Positions 45,714 through 53,281 of a stretch of 64,000 bases of DNA are shown in pieces (the first letter of the stretch is position 1; every line of letters starts with the position of its first letter). The translations under genes and the position numbers were made by a program. The DNA is from an uncultured Candidatus Saccharibacteria bacterium. GTDB lineage: Bacteria; Patescibacteriota; Saccharimonadia; Saccharimonadales; Saccharimonadaceae. The stretch lies in the NCBI GenBank assembly GCA_963515485.1, contig CAUPWD010000004.1, positions 9,716 through 73,715 on the forward strand, written 5' to 3'. The notes beneath the pieces are model-generated. The model was not told the DNA's origin. It ran no database searches and saw nothing but the letters and a program-made list of their open reading frames with translations.

Positions 45714-45805
45714 ATATACTACAATCAGAGTTGATCGTGATTTTGAGGTAGTTACCGAGCACTAGAATTGCGACCAGCAACATAATCACATGCATCATTC
45801 TGATT
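45714..45805 (-). repeat. Direct repeat A (92 nt, RT-proximal)
   Basis: 89/92 identical to 46050-46141, offset by exactly 336 nt. Confidence 0.9.
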
Positions 45806-45870
45806 GTTTGACAACGTCGATTACTGATAGTTCCAGTAAATAATTGTCTATTTAAGATTCTACTAATAGC

Positions 45871-45899
45871 ATTATATATATTATATCTAATACTTACAA
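45871..45899 (-). promoter_or_regulatory. Sigma70-like promoter inside the inter-repeat spacer (TTGTAA-17-TATAAT)
   Basis: Minus-strand TTGTAA at 45899-45894, a 17-nt spacer, and TATAAT at 45876-45871. It reads toward repeat A and the RT. Confidence 0.5.
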
Positions 45900-46049
45900 T
45901 AAAATCAACAACTATCTTGGACTTTTTTCGTCCATTGTCCACTTGTGCAAACTTCTCTAACACATCTTCCTCTCTTTTAAATTTAGTATTAGTTGTCCCT
46001 TGAGGCTCAATTATTAATTGATGGATACAAACAACTCTTGCAGAGTAGA

Positions 46050-46141
46050 ATATACTACAATCAGACTTGATCGTGATTTTGAGGTAGTTACCGAGCGCTA
46101 GAATTGCGACCTGCAACATAATCACATGCATCATTCTGATT
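46050..46141 (-). repeat. Direct repeat B (92 nt, RT-distal)
   Basis: 89/92 identical to 45714-45805. Mismatches are at 3 positions. Confidence 0.9.
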
Positions 46142-46160
46142 ACGTTTACACAATGTTTTT

Positions 46161-46195
46161 TTGTTAAGTAAAATTTTCGAAATTTTACTTAACAA
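46161..46195. repeat. 35-nt near-perfect palindrome
   Basis: TTGTTAAGTAAAAT-t-TTCGAA-ATTTTACTTAACAA. It lies immediately downstream of a minus-strand TGaTAAAAT box (46197-46205). Confidence 0.8.
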
Positions 46196-46504
46196 AATTT
46201 TATCACATTTTTGAAAAGCTACATTATTATTTTTATTAAAAATCAGACCTCATTAGTTAACTTTTGTAAGAATTCTTATACCCTACACCACCACCTCAAA
46301 CTCCGCCCCACGCCTCTCACTACTTCGAAGCACAATCTTATGCCTCTGTCTTTCTGTCAAATTCTTCGCAATCGCCAACCCAACCAATGACCCGTCTTGT
46401 CTTCCGTCCTCGTCCTCGCCGCGTCTATTTGATAAAATCTCTCAAGAAAATCCGCTTCTAGTCTTCTTTCTCCACTCTCACTCTAAAAGATGTATAATTG
46501 ACCT

Positions 46505-47980
46505 ATGAAACAAGAAAAACCCGTTAAAAAATCGAGACCACTTTTGTTCTTTTTCCAGCTTCTCGCTGCATTATCCAGCCTCACCATGCTCTATTTTTTG
46601 TATCAAGCTCAAATTCTGCCGATTCAACTTTTTGGCCTTATCGCTATCTTATATCTTCTCCTAGTCGCCTTTTTGATCATCATTAATCGAAAAATTATCT
46701 TACTCGTCATCCTTCTTGTTCTAGATGTTGTTCTCAATATTGCACTCACTTTTGTATTTTATAAATATAACGGCTATTTTTCTCAGTTTAGCAAAAATGA
46801 AACCTACTTCGAAAAATATAGTCTTGTCACGCTGAAAGATAACGACCTTTCGAAATCCAACTCAAAAAACATTGCCCCACTAGGAATCTTAACTAGTGAC
46901 CCTTATTTCGAGACCGTCAAGCAATATCTCGCCACCACAGAAGGTAACCATCCGGACCTCCTAAAAACCCCTCTCGAGGAAACTAATATCAAAACCTACG
47001 ACAATCTCCTCACCCTCACTACCGCACTTATCACGCCTAAAACCGCGAGCGACAAACTCCAAACTATCTTCCTCGGCCATACTTATCTCGACACTCTAAA
47101 AGACAATAACGAATCTATCTATAACCAACTCCAAATTCTCGCCGACGTCGAAATTAAAGTCGCCCCTAAGCACGTTGAGACTACCTCTCACACTTCACTC
47201 GATACGCCTTTCACCATTTATCTTAGCGGCATCGATAATCGTGACCACACCCTACCTTTTGCCGCCCGCTCCGACGTTAATCTCATCATGGTAGTCAATC
47301 CCGCCAAGCACAAAATTCTCCTCCTTAATACTCCTCGTGATTTTTATGTCCCCCTCGCCATGAACGGCAAGCTCGATAAACTCACTCACGCCGGCCTTTA
47401 TGGCGTCAATGAATCAATTCATACTCTCGAGAATTTTTACGGCATTAAATTCAATTACTATGCCCGTATCAATTTTGATGCCACCTCCGCCATCATCGAT
47501 CAACTCGGCGGTGTCGACGTTCATATTCCATATGTCGTCAATACTTATCACGGTCACCGTCATTACGAGCCAGGGAATTATCATTTGAACGGCGATGAAG
47601 CACTCGATTTTGCTCGTGAACGCGTCTCGATTAGTTGGGCCGGAGGTGATCGTGAACGTGGACGCAATCAGGAAAAAATTATCACCGCTCTGCTCCAGAA
47701 ACTTCAGCAAGACAAAACCAACCTCACTAAGTTAGATCAAATTTTCAATTCTATCGCCAAAAACATTCAAACCAACTTCACTCCCGACGACCTAAAATAT
47801 CTTGTCCAAAAACAGCTCAGCATTTTTTCCAATTGGCAAATCGAATCTATCGACGTCGATGGTAAAGCCGATATCACCTCCACCTATACTTATCCAGAAC
47901 CAAAGCATTTCGTTTGGCATCCATATCAAGATTCCGTCGATAAAGCCAAAGCCAAGCTCCAAGAATATCTCAACCAATAA
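46505..47980 (+). CDS. LytR-CpsA-Psr (LCP) family protein
   Basis: N-terminal TM segments plus the LCP core (SGIDNRD...ARSDVNLIMVVNPAKHKILLLNTPRDFYV...GRNQEKII). Confidence 0.8.
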   Translation: MKQEKPVKKSRPLLFFFQLLAALSSLTMLYFLYQAQILPIQLFGLIAILYLLLVAFLIIINRKIILLVILLVLDVVLNIALTFVFYKYNGYFSQFSKNETYFEKYSLVTLKDNDLSKSNSKNIAPLGILTSDPYFETVKQYLATTEGNHPDLLKTPLEETNIKTYDNLLTLTTALITPKTASDKLQTIFLGHTYLDTLKDNNESIYNQLQILADVEIKVAPKHVETTSHTSLDTPFTIYLSGIDNRDHTLPFAARSDVNLIMVVNPAKHKILLLNTPRDFYVPLAMNGKLDKLTHAGLYGVNESIHTLENFYGIKFNYYARINFDATSAIIDQLGGVDVHIPYVVNTYHGHRHYEPGNYHLNGDEALDFARERVSISWAGGDRERGRNQEKIITALLQKLQQDKTNLTKLDQIFNSIAKNIQTNFTPDDLKYLVQKQLSIFSNWQIESIDVDGKADITSTYTYPEPKHFVWHPYQDSVDKAKAKLQEYLNQ

Positions 47981-48058
47981 TCTAAGCTAGATCTAGAATA
48001 TTTTAGATAGTAGCCCAATCCAAGCTCCCAGAATATCTAAAAATGCTAAAATAGTTTA

Positions 48059-48595
48059 ATGACTATCAAAATTCGTCGCCTCATTCTACCTGCGCTGCTC
48101 GTCTCACAAATGTGTTTTATTTTCATCATGTCCTCTTTCGGCCATAACTCTTCTGATGCCCAAAGCAATCTTTTCGTTGATTTTATCGCCCAAAATTTTC
48201 CGCACGTGCGTCACGGTCTAGAGAATAACCTAATCAGTCTCAGCACTCTAATTTTTCTGGTGCGAAAAACCGCCCACTTCACCGAATATGCGATTTTAGG
48301 CGCTTTATTTTATCTTAATGTTATTCAACTTCCAAAGCTCAATCGTTACCCTAAAAAGATTCTCCTACCTATCTTTTTCAGCTTCCTTTACGCCTGCACC
48401 GACGAAATTCACCAAATCTTCGTCCCCGGTCGCTCTGCTCAGTTTCGAGATATTTTAATCGACACCCTCGGTGCGAGCTTTGGCTGTCTCTTAATTCACG
48501 CTCTTTTGACTTTATTCACTAAACTAAAATCAAATTCAAAAACCCAAAACCAGAGCCCCAGCCAAACCTCGACTAGTCCCCAAACCAAAAACTAA
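48059..48595 (+). CDS. VanZ-family membrane protein
   Basis: RKTAHFTEYAILGALF...DEIHQIFVPGRSAQFRDILIDTLGASFG. Confidence 0.75.
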   Translation: MTIKIRRLILPALLVSQMCFIFIMSSFGHNSSDAQSNLFVDFIAQNFPHVRHGLENNLISLSTLIFLVRKTAHFTEYAILGALFYLNVIQLPKLNRYPKKILLPIFFSFLYACTDEIHQIFVPGRSAQFRDILIDTLGASFGCLLIHALLTLFTKLKSNSKTQNQSPSQTSTSPQTKN

Positions 48596-48612
48596 ATAAA
48601 ATCCAAATCAGC

Positions 48613-50340
48613 CTAAGCCGTATAGTAACTATAGTAGCCGTTCTTTTTGCCACTACGCTTATCTATCACCTGATTCAAAATCACCCCAGGCATATTAATC
48701 TCAATCGCTTCCAGCGCGCGCTTCGAATTTTGCAAATCTTCAATCGTGGTTTCGTTCGCCGCACAAACCATAATCACTCTATCAGCTCGCTTCGCCAAAA
48801 TCAGAGAATCCGAAATTCCTTCAATCGGTGTACCATCGATTAGTACATAATCATAGTGCTTTTTCACTTCAGAAAGCAACATTTCCATCTTCTTTGATTC
48901 CAGAAGCTCACTTGGATTTGGCGGCACCACGCCACGCGTAATCACCTCGAGATTTTTCACATTAGTCTTCAATGCATACTGACGTAGTTTTTTCAAATCC
49001 CCTTCCGCCAAAATATTCGACAAACCAAACTGATTACTTAATTCGAAAATTTCGTGTTGGCGACCCAGGCGCATATCACAGTCAATCAAAAGTACCTTCT
49101 TGTTAGTCTTCGCAAAAGCCACCGCCAAGTTTGCAACAATAAAACTCTTACCTTCGTGCGCTCTCGAACTACAAAACAGCACTGTATTCGAATTCTGATT
49201 ATTTAATGAGAAATATAAGCTAGTACGAATGGTACGAAAATCTTCCGCCACCGACATCTTCGGATTATCGCGTAGTACCAATTCCGAATCCTCATTAACT
49301 TCCACCTTCTCCGACTCTTCCACATTGGCGATTTCCGCTTCTTTTTCCGCCGCAATTTTCTCTTGCTCTAGCGCAATTTTCTCTTGGATCGCTTTTTCTT
49401 CCGCAATAATCTTACGCCCTACCGCCTTGATCTCGACAAAAGGTCTCTCCGGTGTACCCTTCGCTTTTTCGGCCTCCTCTGCGGCTTTCTTCGCCGCCTC
49501 TTCTGCCGCTTTTTCTGTCGCCTCCTGTTCCGCCTTCGCCTGCAATTCAGCTTCTTTTTCTGCTTCCTTTTGTTTCAATTTCTCGAGTTTTTGCTGTTCT
49601 TTTGCTTCTTTTTTCAAACGCTTCGCCTCTATTTTCGCCAATTTCGCTTCCAGCTTTTTGCGTTTTTTCTTCTGCTTATCGGTTTCTAATTTATGTACCT
49701 GACCAAAAATCGGCAGCTTAAAGATTTCATCAATTTGCTCCGTCGTCTTAATCGTACGATCAAAGTAAAACAACACCAAAATAATCCCAAAACCCAGCAC
49801 CATACCAGCCGCCATATAAATAATCTCTTGTTTCACCACATCAATGTTATATGGGCTTCTCGACTCCACCGCATGATCGAGAATATTCACGCTCGTATCA
49901 TTATAAATCTGCGAAATTTCTTCCTTAAAAATATCCGCTACCTCATTCGCGAGTTCGAAGCTTCGATAAGCATTCGCATCCACCACCGAAATACTAATAA
50001 TTTCCGTATTTTTCAAAGAAGAAACACTAATCTTCGTACTTAAAGTTTCAAAAGAATCCGCCAAATTATTTTCACTAATCACGCGATCGAGTACACGATG
50101 TGATTTCACTACCTCAGTATAGGTATCGATCAAGTTTTTATTCGCGGTGATTTCACTCTGCACCGTGGTCTTCGATTTATCCGAACTCAAAATAATTGTC
50201 GCCCGTGATTTATATTCTGGTTTTTGCACCAAAACTGTATAGGCCGTGCCGGCCGAAACACAAAGAATCACCATCGCAAAAAATAACAGCAGGTGCTTCC
50301 TAAAGTAAATTAACAAGTCTCTCAAGTTAATCTCTTCCAT
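48613..50340 (-). CDS. Wzz chain-length determinant fused to BY-kinase (CpsD/CapB-type), with K/E/A-rich insert
   Basis: N-terminal Wzz-like region with 2 TM segments. Walker A SSRAHEGKS. C-terminal Tyr cluster NGYYSYYTA. A lysine/glutamate/alanine stretch of about 75 aa lies between the modules. Confidence 0.8.
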   Translation of the reverse strand: MEEINLRDLLIYFRKHLLLFFAMVILCVSAGTAYTVLVQKPEYKSRATIILSSDKSKTTVQSEITANKNLIDTYTEVVKSHRVLDRVISENNLADSFETLSTKISVSSLKNTEIISISVVDANAYRSFELANEVADIFKEEISQIYNDTSVNILDHAVESRSPYNIDVVKQEIIYMAAGMVLGFGIILVLFYFDRTIKTTEQIDEIFKLPIFGQVHKLETDKQKKKRKKLEAKLAKIEAKRLKKEAKEQQKLEKLKQKEAEKEAELQAKAEQEATEKAAEEAAKKAAEEAEKAKGTPERPFVEIKAVGRKIIAEEKAIQEKIALEQEKIAAEKEAEIANVEESEKVEVNEDSELVLRDNPKMSVAEDFRTIRTSLYFSLNNQNSNTVLFCSSRAHEGKSFIVANLAVAFAKTNKKVLLIDCDMRLGRQHEIFELSNQFGLSNILAEGDLKKLRQYALKTNVKNLEVITRGVVPPNPSELLESKKMEMLLSEVKKHYDYVLIDGTPIEGISDSLILAKRADRVIMVCAANETTIEDLQNSKRALEAIEINMPGVILNQVIDKRSGKKNGYYSYYTA

Positions 50341-50438
50341 ATCAAATATTATAATATGATAAGACTCATCCGTAAATAGTCTAAATATATTTTACCACAA
50401 AACGCAAATGCTTATTTTTGTAGTTTTCATTTTTAAAG

Positions 50439-51119
50439 CTAATCTTTAAATACTTTTTTGTTTAGTGGCTTTAATAAATTCTTTTTAATATCTCTATCAG
50501 AGCCGAGTATGCGACGTTCTGAACGAGAAAGAGTTTTATTATTCATTTTAAGATTAGTTAATGTTGCAGTACATACTAAGTCTGCTACCTGAGCTAACCT
50601 ATAATCCTTCTGAAACGCTTTCTTTAATTCGGTTTTTTCCAGGAGGGTTGTAAAAACAGAAATAATAATTTTAGTAACTTCTACCTGTCCATTATCATAA
50701 TAAATTTTAACCTTATCATACGCTAAGAAAAACAGATAGTTTTGTCTTATAAAATCAGCAACCTGTTTCGCAAGCTTAGCAGCAAGTTCAGCTTCGTCGC
50801 TAAGATGTTTCTTATCAACTACGAACGACTTATAGGAAAAATCAATACGCGACATAAAATTCATCATTTTACGGAGAATGCGGACTCTTTCTTGAATTGT
50901 AAAGTAAACATACTCATCTTCACGACGAATTAAGGGTCCAATATGAATACACTCACGGGTAAACCCAACTTGATTTAATCCATTATTAAGAAAATGAATA
51001 GCTTCGGAGATATCGTTCTTCTGATCCTGAAATACCATACCAATAATGTAAAAAGGAGCTTTCGGATCATAATCTCCAAAGTCGCCAGATTCGTCAATAA
51101 ATATACTTAATTCTTTCAT
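50439..51119 (-). CDS. DUF3800-family protein
   Basis: The N-terminal LSIFIDESGDFG motif is typical of DUF3800. Confidence 0.6.
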   Translation of the reverse strand: MKELSIFIDESGDFGDYDPKAPFYIIGMVFQDQKNDISEAIHFLNNGLNQVGFTRECIHIGPLIRREDEYVYFTIQERVRILRKMMNFMSRIDFSYKSFVVDKKHLSDEAELAAKLAKQVADFIRQNYLFFLAYDKVKIYYDNGQVEVTKIIISVFTTLLEKTELKKAFQKDYRLAQVADLVCTATLTNLKMNNKTLSRSERRILGSDRDIKKNLLKPLNKKVFKD

Positions 51120-51386
51120 ATTTTTTATACCAAAAAACGGGGGCTCGCCCCGTCGTCAGGTGGACCCAGGTCTAATGACCAGCCCAGTAGTTACATTATA
51201 GCATATAAGTATATAAATAAGCAAATAAAATCCTGAACTTTTTACCACCTTGAGTTATAATTAAAGTGTCATTACGCCGGACTAGCCTAAGGTTTCGACC
51301 GACCGCAAATGCCGGCATTTTTGATAGATGAAGCAATAACCCATCTTCTACCATTTGTGATAAAAAGCTCAAACACTTTACTTAAC

Positions 51387-51497
51387 ATTTAACAAATGTA
51401 TGCAATAGGATTTAACAAATTACAACATTTTATATCTGTTAATTACTCTAAAAACATAAATCAAGATTTAACAAAGTATTAAATAAGATTTAACAAA
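51387..51497. repeat. Iteron-like cluster: four copies of (G)ATTTAACAAA in two pairs
   Basis: Copies are at 51387, 51409, 51465 and 51487. Within-pair spacing is 22 bp. They lie in a 440-bp ORF-free AT-rich region. Confidence 0.7.
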
Positions 51498-51548
51498 ATG
51501 TTATTTAAGCTATATTATTTTAGTGCATTTTAAGTGTCTTTAAATAAA

Positions 51549-51572
51549 CAAAAAAACAACCTCACGGCTGTT
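51549..51572 (-). terminator. Intrinsic terminator after tRNA-Ala(GGC)
   Basis: Minus-strand AACAGCC-GTGA-GGTTGTT stem plus T7. Confidence 0.7.
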
Positions 51573-51577
51573 CATTC

Positions 51578-51654
51578 TGGTGGAGCATATGAGACTCGAA
51601 CTCATGACCTCTTCAATGCCATTGAAGCGCTCTAGCCAACTGAGCTAATGCCCC
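51578..51654 (-). tRNA. tRNA-Ala (anticodon GGC), CCA encoded
   Basis: I folded the cloverleaf by hand. Acceptor GGGGCAT/ATGCTCC with G3:U70, anticodon stem CTTCA/TGAAG, loop ATGGCAT, T-arm ATGAG-TTCGAGT-CTCAT. Confidence 0.9.
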
Positions 51655-51674
51655 AAACATCTTGCGATGGATTA

Positions 51675-51704
51675 ATTATATCAAACCTCTAACTTTTTTG
51701 TCAA
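51675..51704 (-). promoter_or_regulatory. tRNA promoter (TTGACA-18-TATAAT)
   Basis: Consensus hexamers on the minus strand, about 20 nt upstream of the tRNA 5' end. Confidence 0.6.
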
Positions 51705-51816
51705 TTTTAAGGTATAATAAATAACAGAATTAACGGGAATTGATATCTATGTATTAATTTTTTCAGATTGTTAACGTGATTTATTTAATGCACTAATAAT
51801 TTAACATGGAGAAATT

Positions 51817-53178
51817 ATGCCAGATATCGTCTTTTCACTTATCGATCAAGAAAAAATCCGCCAATCTAAAGGCCTCGAACTCATCCCAAGCGAAAATTAT
51901 GTTTCCGCCGACGTCTTAAAAGCTATGGGCACCGTTCTCACCAATAAATATTCTGAGGGCTACCCATCCTTCCAAGATTTAGAAAACTATAATCAGGCCG
52001 ATGAATCGAACATCGTCGCCGACCTCCCGAATTATCGTTATTACGGCGGTCAGACCAATATTGATAAAATCGAACGCCTTGCTATCGCCCGCGCCATGAA
52101 GCTTTTTCACGCCGATCACGCTAACGTCCAGCCCCACTCTGGTGCCAATGCTAATGAAGCGGTTTATTTTGCCTGGTGTCAGCCTGGTGACAAAATTTTA
52201 GCTATGAATCTCGGTCACGGTGGTCATCTCACTCATGGCTGTCCAGTCACTCGTTCCGCCAAAATTTATCAATTTATTAATTATGGCGTCACCCCAGAAG
52301 GCGACCTCGATTACGACGAAATTGAACGCCTCGCCGAAGCTGAGCATCCGAAAATTATTCTCATCGGCTATTCTGCCTTCATGAAAATCCCGGATTTTGC
52401 CCGCATTGCCAGAATTGGCCAAAAAATCGGTGCACTTCTGATGGCTGATATGGCTCATGTCGCCGGCCTCATCGCAGGCGGTGTACACCCGAATCCTCTC
52501 GATTATGGTTTTCATGTCATGACCACCACCACTCATAAAACTCTTCGCGGTCCACGCGGCGGTCTGATTCTCTCGAAAGGAAACGTCGCTTCACCTCTAA
52601 AAAAACCTGAGCGCACTCTCGAAAATATCCCAATCCTCATCGACCGTGCAGTCTTTCCAGGTACTCAGGGCGGCCCGCTCGAACACATTATTGCAGCTAA
52701 AGCCGTCGCTTTTAAGGAAGCTCTCTCCGATGATTTTAAGCAATATTCCGCCAAGGTAATCGAAAATGCCAAGGCTCTCGCTAAAGCACTTCAAAATCAC
52801 GGTTTCATTCTCCAAGGTAACGGTACCGACAACCACCTCATCCTCGTCAACGTCAAAAAGAATTTCGGCATCGATGGTAAATTCTATGAGCGCGCCCTCG
52901 ACCTCGTCGGCCTCACCCTAAACGCTAACGCTGTCCCAGAAGACAGTTCCGCCGCCTTCCGCCCATCCGGTGTCCGTCTCGGTACCCCAGCCATCACCAC
53001 GCGCGGTATGGGTGTCACCGAAATGCAGCAAATTGCCGATTGGATGAAGCAGGTCATGGATGTCTGTCTATCCGTAAAATCCGAAGAGAATCTCTCTACC
53101 GCCGAACCCCAGCTGACCGAAATCCGCCACCAAGTCGAAACTCTCGCCGCAAAATTCCCAGTCCCCGGCATTAACTAA
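51817..53178 (+). CDS. glyA: Serine hydroxymethyltransferase
   Basis: TTTTHKTLRGPRGG PLP-lysine motif and the N-terminal LELIPSENYVS. Confidence 0.95.
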   Translation: MPDIVFSLIDQEKIRQSKGLELIPSENYVSADVLKAMGTVLTNKYSEGYPSFQDLENYNQADESNIVADLPNYRYYGGQTNIDKIERLAIARAMKLFHADHANVQPHSGANANEAVYFAWCQPGDKILAMNLGHGGHLTHGCPVTRSAKIYQFINYGVTPEGDLDYDEIERLAEAEHPKIILIGYSAFMKIPDFARIARIGQKIGALLMADMAHVAGLIAGGVHPNPLDYGFHVMTTTTHKTLRGPRGGLILSKGNVASPLKKPERTLENIPILIDRAVFPGTQGGPLEHIIAAKAVAFKEALSDDFKQYSAKVIENAKALAKALQNHGFILQGNGTDNHLILVNVKKNFGIDGKFYERALDLVGLTLNANAVPEDSSAAFRPSGVRLGTPAITTRGMGVTEMQQIADWMKQVMDVCLSVKSEENLSTAEPQLTEIRHQVETLAAKFPVPGIN

Positions 53179-53281
53179 ACAAGTGTGACCGAATTAATAA
53201 AACTCACCACGCCAAAAATCCGAGCCAAAACCGTCCGAACAAAATCGCAAAAGTGTATAATATATGTAATATGGAGGAAAA

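Larger units (their letters stand above)
45660..46195 (-). ncRNA. Candidate RT-associated structured noncoding RNA / template region
   Basis: It is co-oriented with and immediately upstream of the RT. It has two 92-nt repeats with internal stems, a 9-bp hairpin (45672-45692) and a 5' palindrome. The boundaries are guesses. Confidence 0.45.

Noticed and set aside
45700-46134. Annotating the 144-aa ORF as an ordinary protein-coding gene.
   Set aside because: It has no Shine-Dalgarno site and no leaderless -10 box at its ATG. Its first and last 28 residues are encoded by the nucleotide repeats, and the sequence looks like translated AT-rich DNA. It is kept as part of the RT-associated finding rather than called as a CDS. 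A homologue search could overturn this.
45714-46141. The two 92-nt repeats as template repeat and variable repeat of a diversity-generating retroelement (DGRs are common in CPR).
   Set aside because: There are only 3 mismatches, and on the RT strand they do not fall at template adenines (A-copy C, T, T against B-copy G, C, A). The RT has the QGxxxSP motif-4 form rather than the DGR-typical xGxxxSQ. No repeat lies at the 3' end of a plausible target gene with a variable ligand-binding domain.
45643-46205. A retron msr/msd upstream of the RT.
   Set aside because: Retron ncRNAs are bracketed by inverted (a1/a2) repeats and are about 150-250 nt. Here the conspicuous repeats are direct, 92 nt long and 336 nt apart, and no co-oriented effector gene follows the RT. 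This cannot be formally excluded without RT phylogeny.
44419-46205. A group II intron carrying the RT.
   Set aside because: I see no GUGYG-like 5' end, no domain V/VI-like structure downstream of the RT, and no maturase or endonuclease extension. The RT lies downstream of the structured region, not inside a domain IV loop flanked by intron domains.
44271-46205. A 9-nt direct repeat ATTTTATCA on both sides of the RT module, as a target-site duplication.
   Set aside because: It is too short to be significant in such AT-rich DNA, and no transposase, integrase or terminal inverted repeats are present.
49229-50043. Four plus-strand ORFs (89-157 aa) rich in S, F, L and C opposite the Wzz-kinase gene.
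   Set aside because: They are an artefact of the purine-rich K/E/A repeat on the coding strand. The translations are low-complexity and all overlap one another.
51387-51497. The repeat cluster as a CRISPR array (I also scanned the rest of the window for one).
   Set aside because: The repeats are only 11 nt with irregular 22/56-bp spacing, and no cas genes are present. No regularly spaced 25-40-nt repeats were seen anywhere in the window.
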